Source: a virus
Strand: one strand, 5' to 3'
DNA: 64,000 nucleotides
Virus record (IMG/VR): IMGVR_UViG_3300044591_000896
Span: 32,001-96,000 of that record
The notes under the pieces were generated by a model. It was not told the origin of the DNA, ran no database searches, and was given only the letters and a program-made list of their open reading frames with translations. Shown piece after piece: positions 34,380-44,626 of this stretch. The position numbers and the translations under genes were made by a program. Positions within the stretch are counted from its first letter, which is position 1. Each line of letters opens with the position of its first letter.

Positions 34380-35378
34380 TCACGGGCTCCAAGATTGATA
34401 TTCAATATTGGATACTGCGTTTTTAATACAAGCTTTAATCTCCTCTTGGGTCATATCGCCTACATCTTTTGCATCATGTGGGTATATCTTACCATATTCG
34501 TAAGAAGCCCACAAGAGGTCTTTATTGCGTAGCCTGCTGGCTATATTGTTTCCAAGCTCTCTTCCTGCTTGGTCTGAGTCTGTCATTATAATTATTCTAT
34601 TAAAGTATTTATTTAATAATGAAATATTGTCTGATGATATGTGTCCGCCAAGTGTTGCTACTACATTTGGGAAGCCTGCTTGATGAACTAATATAGCATC
34701 AAAGTTAGACTCAACAATGATTACGATTCCGCCTTCTCTTTTTGCTCTATGAATATTAAACATGGTTTTGCTTCTTGGAAGGTTAGTGCTATTCTTAAAT
34801 CTTTTATCTGAGATTGATCTACCAACTAATCCGACTGGGATTCCGTCTGGGCTATGGACTGGTGTGATTACCATGCCAGTTGCATTTGAGTATCCAAGAC
34901 CAAAGTATTTCATTGACTCTTCATTAATTCCTCTAGACTCCAAGTAGTCTCTAGGACCTTTATTGCCGAACAGATCTGCATGCAATCTGTCTAAGACTTC
35001 TTGTGAAAATTCTTCAAACTCTGGCTTGTCTTCCATAACAGAGCTTAGCATTTCATCAAAGTTATCAAGAACAATATTTTCTTTTGAGAACACATATCTC
35101 ATTGCTTGAAAATCATTTTTATGCAATACTCTTTTAACAAGATCAATTACTGATCCTGACTCTCCACATGATGGATTAAAGCATAGCCATGCGCCAGTTG
35201 TTTTACTTATGCTACAACTAGCACTGTGTCTATTGGAGTGAAATGGGCAGTAGAAAGCTATCTCAACATCAGTTTCACCAGTACAGTCTAGGCCTATTCC
35301 TTTTACTATAGCCTTGATGTGGTCTGGGGCATACTGCGTGGAATCAACTTTCCTTGCGTAATTCCCTCTGACTGCCAT
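34380..35378 (-). CDS. dnaG: DNA primase (CHC2 zinc finger + TOPRIM)
   Basis: CPFH...CFNPSC, YLESRGI, IVESNFDA, DSDQAG, KDVGD. Confidence 0.92.
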   Translation of the reverse strand: MAVRGNYARKVDSTQYAPDHIKAIVKGIGLDCTGETDVEIAFYCPFHSNRHSASCSISKTTGAWLCFNPSCGESGSVIDLVKRVLHKNDFQAMRYVFSKENIVLDNFDEMLSSVMEDKPEFEEFSQEVLDRLHADLFGNKGPRDYLESRGINEESMKYFGLGYSNATGMVITPVHSPDGIPVGLVGRSISDKRFKNSTNLPRSKTMFNIHRAKREGGIVIIVESNFDAILVHQAGFPNVVATLGGHISSDNISLLNKYFNRIIIMTDSDQAGRELGNNIASRLRNKDLLWASYEYGKIYPHDAKDVGDMTQEEIKACIKNAVSNIEYQSWSP

Positions 35379-35605
35379 GCTTTCTTCTTTCCTACATATA
35401 CTCCATAGAGTGTCATTAAGAACACCCATGTTTGTCCGTCAAATTCTACCGAAAATGCTGGGTTTATGTCAAGTACTCTTGCATAACCCTTTCCCTTCAT
35501 GTCTTGCGTTAGAAGACTTTCATACTGTGCTCTAACTCTAATCATGTCGGAATCGTCTTTGAACTCAACCTTTACTTGAAATCTTTTTATCTGTTTGTGA
35601 TTCAT
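35306..35605 (-). CDS. Hypothetical protein
   Basis: Start moved to MNHKQ; bridges dnaB and primase. Confidence 0.65.
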   Translation of the reverse strand: MNHKQIKRFQVKVEFKDDSDMIRVRAQYESLLTQDMKGKGYARVLDINPAFSVEFDGQTWVFLMTLYGVYVGKKKAWQSEGITQGKLIPRSMPQTTSRL

Positions 35606-36833
35606 CTTTTTGGAAAGGATTCTCATAAATTTCTTTGACGATACCACGGTTGATATCCCAATCTAAATATAGACCAAACTCATGGCCGTGTCTATTCTTC
35701 CTTGAAACAACCTCAATCATATTAGTGCCTGGGTATCTGTGAACAGCCATTGCCATATCAGCATCATACTCGATAGCTTTAGACCAAGCAACTTGACTCA
35801 TCATTGGAGGGTTATCTTGATCTGAAACATCGTCTGCAGTTGCTGCAGTAATGTCGATAATTGGAATGTTGTTAGAAACAGCAAGCATTTTAAATTCACG
35901 AGATACGTTTCTATTTCTCTCAACTTCTGAGTTGCTTCTCTTGTTATCATTAAACAGCTGGTGATAGTCAAGGATAACTAAGTCTGGCTTGTGCTGGTCA
36001 ATCTTTCCTTGAATGGTTGCTGGGGTAACTTCTGTGTTACCTTCATTTGAAATAAGAATAAAACTATTCTTGTCCGCAAACTTCTTTGTAGACCATGAAC
36101 GGAAGTCATCAATATTGATATCTCCCTTTGAAAAGTCTGATGCCTTAAATAAACCAGAGCCTAGCATTGTATAAATACGGTCACGCATATTCTCTGGTGA
36201 CATCTCAAGGGAAACAATCATTGGCTTAAAGCCTTGCTCCCAAGCCTTACATGCCAAGTAAGAAGTAAACCATGTCTTACCACGTCCAGGCCATCCAATA
36301 GCCACGATTAAATGTCCAGGAGCCATTCCTGTTGGGTATGCTAAGTCAATGGCCTCAAAACCAGTTTTAATTCCTGGTGATCCACCCATCTCGGCAGAAC
36401 GTACACGAAGTAATTCCATATGCCTAATTGCAGCATCTGCATCTGTAATGTCTAAGTCTCTAACGTTATTTGTAAATCTACTTAGGTTTGCAAGCTGGCT
36501 TTGCATCTGCTCTAGAACTCTTGATGCAGCATCTTCTTTTAATGCAGAGCCACTCTTTAAAATAATATTCTTTAGTCTATTAGACAAAAACTCATTCTTT
36601 AATGTATCAAGATAGTATCCAGTCTCTGCCTTTGTTTCTACTGGCTCAAAGTCTTTAAACTTTTCCTGAAGGATACCCACTTCTGGAACAGCCTTGAATT
36701 TATAGTAGTATGACTTTAGGCCTTCCCAAATGTCTTTGTGCGAAGTAAATAGTTCATCCACATTGTCTGCCAGCAGTGTGCTAATGTCTTTATTCTTACA
36801 TACTGCTGAGATAAGTGTTGCTTCTGTGTTCAC
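35565..36833 (-). CDS. dnaB: Replicative DnaB-like helicase
   Basis: GWPGRGKT, SLEMS, ILDYHQL, IEYDAD, KNRHG. Confidence 0.94.
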   Translation of the reverse strand: MNTEATLISAVCKNKDISTLLADNVDELFTSHKDIWEGLKSYYYKFKAVPEVGILQEKFKDFEPVETKAETGYYLDTLKNEFLSNRLKNIILKSGSALKEDAASRVLEQMQSQLANLSRFTNNVRDLDITDADAAIRHMELLRVRSAEMGGSPGIKTGFEAIDLAYPTGMAPGHLIVAIGWPGRGKTWFTSYLACKAWEQGFKPMIVSLEMSPENMRDRIYTMLGSGLFKASDFSKGDINIDDFRSWSTKKFADKNSFILISNEGNTEVTPATIQGKIDQHKPDLVILDYHQLFNDNKRSNSEVERNRNVSREFKMLAVSNNIPIIDITAATADDVSDQDNPPMMSQVAWSKAIEYDADMAMAVHRYPGTNMIEVVSRKNRHGHEFGLYLDWDINRGIVKEIYENPFQKDESQTDKKISSKG

Positions 36834-37153
36834 TCTATTCCGCCCTGCTCTACCATCTTCTTCGTTTCTTCAAGTAACAAACGACGCTTTTCTTTATCTT
36901 TTTCTATTTCAATCTTTAGGGCATCCATCTTATCAAAGTTATAAAAGAAGAACTGTAGTGGGTGGCCATTCTTTGTAAGAGAGAAATAGTATATCAGAAG
37001 TTCTTTTGCACGATCAAAGCCTACACTATCAATGACATCTTGCATAGCCCACTTCTCACGAAACTTATTCATTGTTGGAACTCTGCCGTACTTCTCTTTA
37101 TAAAGGTTTTGATATAGCCCAATTAAAATGTATGGCTGCTTCTCACTTGCCAC
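36830..37153 (-). CDS. Hypothetical protein upstream of the helicase
   Basis: ORF track; coupled to dnaB. Confidence 0.75.
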   Translation of the reverse strand: MASEKQPYILIGLYQNLYKEKYGRVPTMNKFREKWAMQDVIDSVGFDRAKELLIYYFSLTKNGHPLQFFFYNFDKMDALKIEIEKDKEKRRLLLEETKKMVEQGGIE

Positions 37154-37346
37154 TCTTAAGCTCTTCTTCTACTTCTTGAGTCTTTTGAATAAGCTTGTCT
37201 TCAACAAACTTGTATACACGCTCTGTGGCAGCATCAACATGCTCTCCATCTCTAACATCATCTTCTACTCCAATACCAATCTTGATACTTTCATAGTTTC
37301 CAAGGTTACGTGTAAACGATAGGTCTACTTTAACTCTAGTTGTCAT
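37143..37346 (-). CDS. Hypothetical protein
   Basis: Start moved to MTTRV after GGAG; contains TRNLGNYESIKI. Confidence 0.75.
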   Translation of the reverse strand: MTTRVKVDLSFTRNLGNYESIKIGIGVEDDVRDGEHVDAATERVYKFVEDKLIQKTQEVEEELKSGK

Positions 37347-37831
37347 TACTCCGCCTTCCATACAGGTACAAACTTTCCATCTTCTGTCTTAGTATACAAT
37401 ATTAAGTTGTGTTTGAGAAGCCCCAGTAATTCTGCCTTTGTTGGTACATCTGAAGAATGTCCTGAATCTAATATATGCTGGTGCATGTCCAAAATGTCTG
37501 ACTCGCTAAACATATACTTAGACCAATTAGGATTCTCTGGGTCTCCTATAGGATAAATTTTTTGTGGAGTGATTACTTTACCATCCAAGATATAATCTTG
37601 AATAGTAACCCTATGCCTATTAAGCATTGCCGCCACCTGCTTTACGCTATAGGCAGTCTCCATATATTTTTTAACCTGTGAATATGAATAAAGCATTCTC
37701 TTTTTATCTGGATAACACCAGGCAACTAATTCATCTTTTGATCTTGATGACCTAATAACCTTGTGTATCTTTTGATTTAAGAAGAAATACCGTAGTTCTT
37801 TTGATTTAGGTTTTCTACTTGATCTAGCCAT
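37346..37831 (-). CDS. HTH (MerR/excisionase-like) DNA-binding protein
   Basis: YSVKQVAAMLNRHRVTIQDY. Confidence 0.7.
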   Translation of the reverse strand: MARSSRKPKSKELRYFFLNQKIHKVIRSSRSKDELVAWCYPDKKRMLYSYSQVKKYMETAYSVKQVAAMLNRHRVTIQDYILDGKVITPQKIYPIGDPENPNWSKYMFSESDILDMHQHILDSGHSSDVPTKAELLGLLKHNLILYTKTEDGKFVPVWKAE

Positions 37832-37962
37832 TTACCGAAAGCACTCGTTTCTTTATTAATCATCCAGCGTTTTCCACACATCACACAGAACATTTCCATG
37901 TGTAGCTTTTGAGAAAATACTCTATCTACAAAAACTCTTCCACCGCATTTAGAGCACCACAT
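37777..37962 (-). CDS. Zinc-ribbon hypothetical protein
   Basis: CSKCGG...CVMCG. Confidence 0.75.
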   Translation of the reverse strand: MWCSKCGGRVFVDRVFSQKLHMEMFCVMCGKRWMINKETSAFGKWLDQVENLNQKNYGISS

Positions 37963-38762
37963 TATAGTGTGAATACCTTTCCATCAACTACGCAAGAGTA
38001 GTCTGGCGCAACGTGAATCATATTGATGTGAGGATAGTCATTTACAATATGTGCAATAGCAAATCCTTTTTGCCAGTCATGGTGCTGCATATACTTCATA
38101 CCATCAGACTTTTCATCACACATATGCCCTAGTTCATACCCACGAAGTGTTTCACCCTCGCCATTATTTCTTAATTCATATGTAACTAAATGAGAAGCAA
38201 TTCTATGTGAGTGCCCTCTAATTAAAGATATCTGTAGGTCTTCCATGTCTTTTCTAACTGAGCCTGTTGCTGCAATTGAGAGTCCGTGGTGAACATGGAT
38301 ATCTCCAAATCGGCGCTTTGGCAATTCGTTATAGTAAATATATTCATATCCTAATGAGTCTAAGCTCCATAGGGATTCTGGTGTAACCTCACTGATATAC
38401 TCAGGAAGCTTTGCATCTACATAATTAAAGACTCTAATATCATGGTTACCCAGTGCTGAGAATAGCTGTGCGTCTGGCAGCATCTCTCTTGTCTTTGCAT
38501 AAAAGTCTCTTGCGCCCTTTGCTTCATGACGCATCATAGGAACAATGAGATCTCCGCTTTCAGTCTTGTGATAGTTTAAGAACTCTGCTGAACGTCCCTC
38601 TGTGTACTTGCTATAGCAAGCCTGATCATCTGTGTCTCCCAAATAGTCAACCACATCTGGCTTAAACCATTTCATTACCTTAAACCATAGAGCAATCATC
38701 TTATCGTCTTGATAAGGGAACTGCTGGTCAGAGGATATCATCCATTTTAAATCGTTACTCAT
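37962..38762 (-). CDS. Calcineurin-like metallophosphoesterase
   Basis: SDQQ, LGDTDD, GNHD, HHG, GHSHR motifs. Confidence 0.88.
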   Translation of the reverse strand: MSNDLKWMISSDQQFPYQDDKMIALWFKVMKWFKPDVVDYLGDTDDQACYSKYTEGRSAEFLNYHKTESGDLIVPMMRHEAKGARDFYAKTREMLPDAQLFSALGNHDIRVFNYVDAKLPEYISEVTPESLWSLDSLGYEYIYYNELPKRRFGDIHVHHGLSIAATGSVRKDMEDLQISLIRGHSHRIASHLVTYELRNNGEGETLRGYELGHMCDEKSDGMKYMQHHDWQKGFAIAHIVNDYPHINMIHVAPDYSCVVDGKVFTL

Positions 38763-38778
38763 TGTTTACCTTTATACG

Positions 38779-38845
38779 AAAAAAGTCACGGGTACGTGAC
38801 TTTGATGTTACACCGTAAGTGTAACATATTTTATGCGGTTGTCAA
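38779..38845 (-). promoter_or_regulatory. Promoter with overlapping palindrome, followed by a terminator-like hairpin
   Basis: TTGACA-N16-TACACT; ATGTTACAC-N5-GTGTAACAT; AAAGTCACG-N4-CGTGACTTTTTT. Confidence 0.65.
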
Positions 38846-38847
38846 TA

Positions 38848-39297
38848 CTAGCTAAGCGTTTTGAATTGAACTGCTTGCCATGATATAAATCCATTATCAA
38901 TCTTTGTATCAGAATAGATAAATATCTTTGGATCATCTTTAAGGGTGTTTACGGAAATTGTAATGTTTTTGCCCTTTGATCCTTCTGCACCAATGTTTCC
39001 ATGGTATATTGCTGTAACATATGGGAGCGTTGTTTCTCCACTAAGATCAAATAGCTGGGAGCCCAGCCAGTTTATTGGAAAGCCTTTTACTACGCCCTTC
39101 TGTACGCCACTTACAGGTATTCTTCCAGCATCAATAATTGGAACTCTATTAATAGACTTCTGTCCAACTGTCGCATTCTGCAATGAAGCATTCTGCTTAA
39201 AAACACTTGTTATGTTTTGCTGAAGTATGTTTAATTTATTAGGGTCTAGTGGTTCCCCCTCCATAAAATTTACTGGTGTAAGTGTATAGTCTGCCAT
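38848..39297 (-). CDS. Hypothetical tail-module protein
   Basis: Last gene of the tail operon; GEPLDPNKLN N-terminal motif; AGGAG RBS. Confidence 0.7.
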   Translation of the reverse strand: MADYTLTPVNFMEGEPLDPNKLNILQQNITSVFKQNASLQNATVGQKSINRVPIIDAGRIPVSGVQKGVVKGFPINWLGSQLFDLSGETTLPYVTAIYHGNIGAEGSKGKNITISVNTLKDDPKIFIYSDTKIDNGFISWQAVQFKTLS

Positions 39298-39298
39298 G

Positions 39299-39448
39299 TT
39301 ACTCTCCTACTTGCTGTGTATTTTCTTCAGGCTTGTTTGTTAAATTAGTTATTTCTGCACGAAGGATTGCTATATGTGTCTCATAATTTGAGACAAGCTC
39401 TCCAATACGTTGTTGTAGTGCCTGTACTACTAGTTCTGCTTTATCCAT
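39299..39448 (-). CDS. 49-aa coiled-coil protein
   Basis: Manual translation MDKAELVVQALQQRIGELVSNYETHIAILRAEITNLTNKPEENTQQVGE; AAGGA RBS. Confidence 0.7.
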   Translation of the reverse strand: MDKAELVVQALQQRIGELVSNYETHIAILRAEITNLTNKPEENTQQVGE

Positions 39449-39481
39449 TTTATTCCTTTTCTACTTATCATAAGGATACCA

Positions 39482-42400
39482 TTATCCTTCTAGGGCGTCA
39501 AGCCTATTTGAAAGGGCATCTATTTTTTGAGACATTTCTTGTATTGCTAAAATTAGTGAAGCATTAAGTCTATCGTATGCTATGCCGTCTGGCTGATTTT
39601 CTTCGTTATAATTTACAACTGTTCTTAACTGTGGAATATCATGTAAGTCTTCTGCTATCAAACCAGATAATATACGTGGGTTTCCATTATATCCAGTATC
39701 ACCAATATAATTATATGTGACAGGCTTTAATAAATTAATTATATCTAGGTACCCAGACTTATCAATTTCATTTATGTTTTCCTTATATCTTAAACTGGAT
39801 GTTTGAACTCTTAGAAAACCAGCGTCCTGAACTATTGAATTTCCAGAGCCCAAGCCAAGTGTGTTAGCAAATATTGGTCCAGTAGCATTTAGCTTAATCC
39901 TTGGTCCTGCTGTGGATCCAGGAGATGTAGTTCCTGTTGCATCTTGACTCCTATATCCAACCATTATGGAACCAGCAAATCTTCCATCGTTCCATGGATA
40001 TGCAATTGTTCCAAGATCAAAGTTAGCGGTAGTTCCAGAATAGTAAGGATACCAGTGTGTTGAGACTCCACCAGTTCTGCTAGATTCAATTCCTATTGCA
40101 TTTACAACTACGGACTCTATACCATTTTTAGAAATTCTTGTATTAAAATAATAGCTATCGCCAGATTCGCCAGCTGTCATTTTGGATGCTGTAAAGGTGA
40201 CTCCAGATATTGAGCTGCCAGCAGTAATATTATTTGCTGTTATATCACCAGAAATTATTACTGAGGATGCTTGCAAAACTCCAGCAGAAGATACGCTAAA
40301 CTTACCAGAGCTATTTGATATTGCTCCATTTGCAGCAATTGTTAATGTATTTGTTCCGTCTGTTGCTGTGAAAGAGCCTCCAGAAACTGATCCATTAAAT
40401 GTTCCAGTAGCTCCAGTTATGTTTCCTTTAAATCTAGCGCCTCCACTGGAGTCTATATAAAATTGTGGTCCTATTATAGATCCATTACCATCAAGAACTA
40501 TTTGCATTCCTCTTACTGAGAAAGGAGATGTTCCACCAACGCCAGTTGTTGGTGCTATCCATCCACCAGACTCTATAACACCTGCTCGAATCTTGCCACC
40601 AGAAATTGTTGTAGTATTGCTATTAACATCTGCCGCAGCTCCAGCTGCATTTATTTTGCCAGCAAGTCCAGTGCTTAGCGCTGTAGTTGTTGCGTAGTTA
40701 GATAAGTTGCCTTGTGCGTATCCAGTAATAGTTGCACTTGTCATAACAACTGATCCGTCTGCTCTTACATAAAATGGAGCAGATGTGCTTCTTGATCCAC
40801 CCGCCCAGAAAACAATGTCAGATGGAGAGTTTGTATTCGGTGTAGCTATACCAGCTTGATACGTTGAGCTAGCTGCTGTTATCTGAGCTGTCGATGAATT
40901 AAGTGTTAATGTTCCAGAGCTGCTTGTTTTTGATATGGCGCTTGATGTTACATCCCAGTTACCAATAGAAGCAGATGCTGTAGTGAGCTTACCAGTAGTT
41001 CCATTAATAGTTGTTATACCATTTGTGCCTGCTGAGTTAAATGTAAGGCCACTTGAATTTAATATATATCCAGCACCAGATAAATTTCCACCTACAATTG
41101 CACCAGAATATAATGAGCCACCGTTTGCAATATTAACGCTACCAGTAAATGATCCGCTTGCTGCATTTATATTTCCAGTAAGATAAAGGTTTGTTCCATT
41201 AAAGTACATAAACTGTGTATCTGTTCCAACACGCAATTGTCCTGTTGTAAGCCAGTAGTTGTTTTTGTTTCCCGTTTTATTTAAAAGTATTCCATGATAT
41301 CCGCCAACTGGTGAAGGTGAATTTGTTGGGGTAGTTGTTATAGAAGTATTAATTGAATCAGGTATTCCTGTTCCAAACTTAAACAGGTCTCCTGTTGCTC
41401 CACCAATTGCTAATATTGATTTTAATCTTGCTGCAGCATTTACAGCGGTTGCAGCAGAATCTGCAGCTGTGAAAGTCTGGGTTGCGCTGTATGTTTGTGT
41501 ATTATTATATTGATCTACAGATGCAACTTGATAGTAATATGTTACATTTGGAATAAGCCCAGATGCAGTAAATGAACTAGCATTTGTAAATCCATATTCC
41601 CAATTTGGATTTGGCACTGTTGCTGGGTTATCTGGTGACCACCGAAGTCTGTAACCTCTTGTAGAAGTATCTGTTGATGCTGTCCAAGAAATCCTTGAAG
41701 ACAAACTAAATCCAGTTTGGTCGTAAGCATCAACTGTTGCAACCGCACCTATTCCTGTCGGATTTGTTGGTGGAATTAAATCTGCAACAACTACTGATTT
41801 AGGTGTAACAGAAACTGCTGTTCCGTATTGTCCAGCACTTCCGTTATTAGCAATAAATCTAGCTCTCACCCAACGCTTGTTTTGATTACTTCTTGTTATT
41901 ACTACTGGATTAGATGATCCAGAAAAGCATGTCTCATATCCAAAAGCTGGGTCATTTGTTGCAGTTGACTCTACTTCTTGTATTTCAATGCTGCTAAATG
42001 TTTTATCTGCTGGTGTTGTGTATGCTACGGTATAGCCTTCGACTGCCTCTGTCACTGTTATTGTTGGTGCTGGTAAGTTATTAACGTATACATGTGCACC
42101 AAATGTTACAGCTGTTCCAATATTGCCATATACATCTACTGTGGATACGGAGCCTGAGAATGATGTCTGTGGGACACCAAATGCCGCTGTGTTCTCTGCT
42201 AAGCTTAAAGCAAACTTTTGTGATGCAGCGTTAGTTGCTCTTAAAGTAAAGTCTCTTGTTGTACCATCATTAGCTGTTAACTTAATTAGGTAGAAAGACA
42301 AATATTCATTTCCTGTTGCTGCGGGATTAGAATTAAATCCTATAGTAAAGTCTGTACCAGACCATGCTGGGACAATTGATGTTGGAACTATTGGGGCATC

Positions 42401-42889
42401 TGCTTTTGCTGTTACATTTACAACTTGATTAAACCCAGACCATGCACCTGTTTTTGATACTGACCTTAGCTTTATATTATAGTCACCTGGTAGTACTGGT
42501 ATATTTATTGATCCACCTGTTGCTGGGATTGAGCCTTTGCTAATATATAGGTTATCTGCATCTGCCGCCCACTTTATGTAAACTTCAATCTTATCTAATG
42601 TTGCAGGATAAGACCCACCAGTAGAATTTTTGCCGTCCCATTTTACTGTAATGATTCCCTGTGAGTATGTTACAACTGCTGGGGATGGTGGTTGTGGAAT
42701 AGATTCAGCAGGTGCGGTAATAACTTTTACTGCAGACCAATCTTCTCCAAATGTTCCATCCTTATACTTCCATCTAAACTCTAATGGATAAATAGTTCCT
42801 GGTATCAGGCCTGGTATGGTTACAATAAAGTAATCGCCGTTGTCATATGACTGCGATGTGTCTTTAAGTAAATCCTGATACTCTGCCAT
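39482..42889 (-). CDS. Tail fibre/spike with FN3 domains and C-terminal intramolecular chaperone (S74-like)
   Basis: FN3 pattern (ISWTAS...GYRLRW...GLIPNVTYYYQVASVD), Gly/Ser/Thr beta repeats, SSLRYKENI...LKPVTY...GLIAED...coiled-coil end. Confidence 0.88.
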   Translation of the reverse strand: MAEYQDLLKDTSQSYDNGDYFIVTIPGLIPGTIYPLEFRWKYKDGTFGEDWSAVKVITAPAESIPQPPSPAVVTYSQGIITVKWDGKNSTGGSYPATLDKIEVYIKWAADADNLYISKGSIPATGGSINIPVLPGDYNIKLRSVSKTGAWSGFNQVVNVTAKADAPIVPTSIVPAWSGTDFTIGFNSNPAATGNEYLSFYLIKLTANDGTTRDFTLRATNAASQKFALSLAENTAAFGVPQTSFSGSVSTVDVYGNIGTAVTFGAHVYVNNLPAPTITVTEAVEGYTVAYTTPADKTFSSIEIQEVESTATNDPAFGYETCFSGSSNPVVITRSNQNKRWVRARFIANNGSAGQYGTAVSVTPKSVVVADLIPPTNPTGIGAVATVDAYDQTGFSLSSRISWTASTDTSTRGYRLRWSPDNPATVPNPNWEYGFTNASSFTASGLIPNVTYYYQVASVDQYNNTQTYSATQTFTAADSAATAVNAAARLKSILAIGGATGDLFKFGTGIPDSINTSITTTPTNSPSPVGGYHGILLNKTGNKNNYWLTTGQLRVGTDTQFMYFNGTNLYLTGNINAASGSFTGSVNIANGGSLYSGAIVGGNLSGAGYILNSSGLTFNSAGTNGITTINGTTGKLTTASASIGNWDVTSSAISKTSSSGTLTLNSSTAQITAASSTYQAGIATPNTNSPSDIVFWAGGSRSTSAPFYVRADGSVVMTSATITGYAQGNLSNYATTTALSTGLAGKINAAGAAADVNSNTTTISGGKIRAGVIESGGWIAPTTGVGGTSPFSVRGMQIVLDGNGSIIGPQFYIDSSGGARFKGNITGATGTFNGSVSGGSFTATDGTNTLTIAANGAISNSSGKFSVSSAGVLQASSVIISGDITANNITAGSSISGVTFTASKMTAGESGDSYYFNTRISKNGIESVVVNAIGIESSRTGGVSTHWYPYYSGTTANFDLGTIAYPWNDGRFAGSIMVGYRSQDATGTTSPGSTAGPRIKLNATGPIFANTLGLGSGNSIVQDAGFLRVQTSSLRYKENINEIDKSGYLDIINLLKPVTYNYIGDTGYNGNPRILSGLIAEDLHDIPQLRTVVNYNEENQPDGIAYDRLNASLILAIQEMSQKIDALSNRLDALEG

Positions 42890-42890
42890 T

Positions 42891-43823
42891 TTATAGGTTT
42901 AGGTCCAATCTGTATTCTACGTCTACTGTTCTTCCCGTTGTTTTGTATAGTGGTGAAGAAAGTATTGATCTACTTATAATACCAAAGTTTGGATCAAATG
43001 TATCCTCATCGTTTATTCTGAGTCCGTCTGCGCCAATAGATGTCTGTTGTCCACTAATTGGTGTTACAACTATTCCAATTCTATTAATGCTTGATATGTC
43101 TGGTCCATTTATTGCCCCCGCAAATAGTTGCTCTAGGTATATTTCGTCTGCTATTTTATACCCTACTCCACCTGCAGGCGTTATCTGTATCTGATAGTAC
43201 TTGTCAACATCGCTATAGAATCTTATCTTTATATTTGAAAGATTTAAATCGTTTTGATAATAAACAAAAGATAGGGAGTCTAGCTTTGAATATCCAGATA
43301 AATCAATTGGGATTACTGACGTCACATATTCTTTTGATGATCCCGTTCCTGAATACATCTCAAGTGTGGTATCTCCAATTTTTCCATTTACATAGCCAAG
43401 GGATGGGTTGCCTCCTGCTATCTCTTCCCAGTCTAGGGGACTTGAAAACTCTGAAAGAAACTTGCTATCATAATTATTTGAAGATGTTCTTGTTGATGGA
43501 TAAATTCCAATTTCTGAAATTACACCAGAAACATCTTGTGGCAATGTTGCTTTATATACTACAGCATATGTAGTTCCATCTGTATCAGTCTGTATATCTG
43601 TGCTATAAATTCCTACTGGTATTCTATAGAACTCAAACTCTAATCTTGTGTCGTCCGCCGTTGCTGCAGTTGACCCTATTCCAAATGCCATATCTCTATC
43701 AGCTGTTTCTACCTTGCCAGCAAGAAGATTAGTTAAATATCTTTTACCAAACTTTGTTATAATATTTTTTGAACGGCCTATCTCTTTGCCGTCTTCGTAA
43801 TATATGTATGTACCTGTTATCAT
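42891..43823 (-). CDS. Virion structural protein (tail tip)
   Basis: Position; NIITKFG...MAFGIGSTAATADDTRL...ISEIGIY motif. Start moved to MITGT after GGAG. Confidence 0.7.
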   Translation of the reverse strand: MITGTYIYYEDGKEIGRSKNIITKFGKRYLTNLLAGKVETADRDMAFGIGSTAATADDTRLEFEFYRIPVGIYSTDIQTDTDGTTYAVVYKATLPQDVSGVISEIGIYPSTRTSSNNYDSKFLSEFSSPLDWEEIAGGNPSLGYVNGKIGDTTLEMYSGTGSSKEYVTSVIPIDLSGYSKLDSLSFVYYQNDLNLSNIKIRFYSDVDKYYQIQITPAGGVGYKIADEIYLEQLFAGAINGPDISSINRIGIVVTPISGQQTSIGADGLRINDEDTFDPNFGIISRSILSSPLYKTTGRTVDVEYRLDLNL

Positions 43824-43833
43824 ATTATCTCCA

Positions 43834-44619
43834 TTACTTTGGCGTAGAATACTGTGAGTAGTATGTCTTTCCATTTGTTCCAACTACAACTGCTCTTACA
43901 CGAAGCCACCTTGGGCTAGCTGTTGCAGATGTGTCTCCTTCATATGAGCTCACTCTATATGTTCTATTCTTACCACTATCTCCAATTGTTTTTGAAGCAG
44001 AGGCAACAAAATCTTTAGTTCCGTTATCTAGCGCTGTTGCATTTTTACCAGCAGTTGTGCTAATTATCCATTCATAACTTACTGACTCGTATGAGCCCAA
44101 GCCTGTTGAGTTATTCCATCCCCAGGCAAGAGATGTATTGCTATTTCCATATCTACTAAATGTTACTGCTGGTACAGTTGGTGTAGGCGCAATAAATTTT
44201 TGTGGGTTACCAGATGGTGTCTCATTTACATTTCTAGGTGCAGCAGCATCAAATATTCTTGCATCTACTCCAGCAATGTTTTCTTTATTGTCGCTTGAGT
44301 TTCTAATTTTAATAAATGCCGTCATGGTTGTTAGCTTAGTAGCTGGGTCATAGTCTTCTTGAAATGTAATGCTTTCAATGTCACTAAGATCTGGGACATC
44401 TTTTTTTATAGGCTTTGGCTTTGGGTCAGGCTCAGGTTCTGGCTCTGGATTTGGGTTTGGGTTTGGGTTTGTTGACCCATCATCATAGGCAGAATCTGAA
44501 CCTACATATGCAGCCTGAGCTTCTTTTTTGGTAACAAGAAATTTATTTTTGTTTAAAAATAGGGTATAGTCAATATCATTTTCTGATACTACTGGTTGTC
44601 TTGAGTCATTTCTTGTCAT
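43834..44619 (-). CDS. Virion-associated protein with a Pro-rich linker and FN3-like C-terminus
   Basis: NPNPNPNPEPEPEPDPKPKP linker; leaderless TGgTATAAT-N6-ATG. Confidence 0.7.
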   Translation of the reverse strand: MTRNDSRQPVVSENDIDYTLFLNKNKFLVTKKEAQAAYVGSDSAYDDGSTNPNPNPNPEPEPEPDPKPKPIKKDVPDLSDIESITFQEDYDPATKLTTMTAFIKIRNSSDNKENIAGVDARIFDAAAPRNVNETPSGNPQKFIAPTPTVPAVTFSRYGNSNTSLAWGWNNSTGLGSYESVSYEWIISTTAGKNATALDNGTKDFVASASKTIGDSGKNRTYRVSSYEGDTSATASPRWLRVRAVVVGTNGKTYYSQYSTPK

Positions 44620-44626
44620 TTTATCA

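Noticed and set aside
30056-36833. Inteins or introns in dnaE, dnaB, recA or terL
   Set aside because: Lengths are normal, motifs are contiguous, and no C...HN splice junctions or homing endonuclease motifs are evident.
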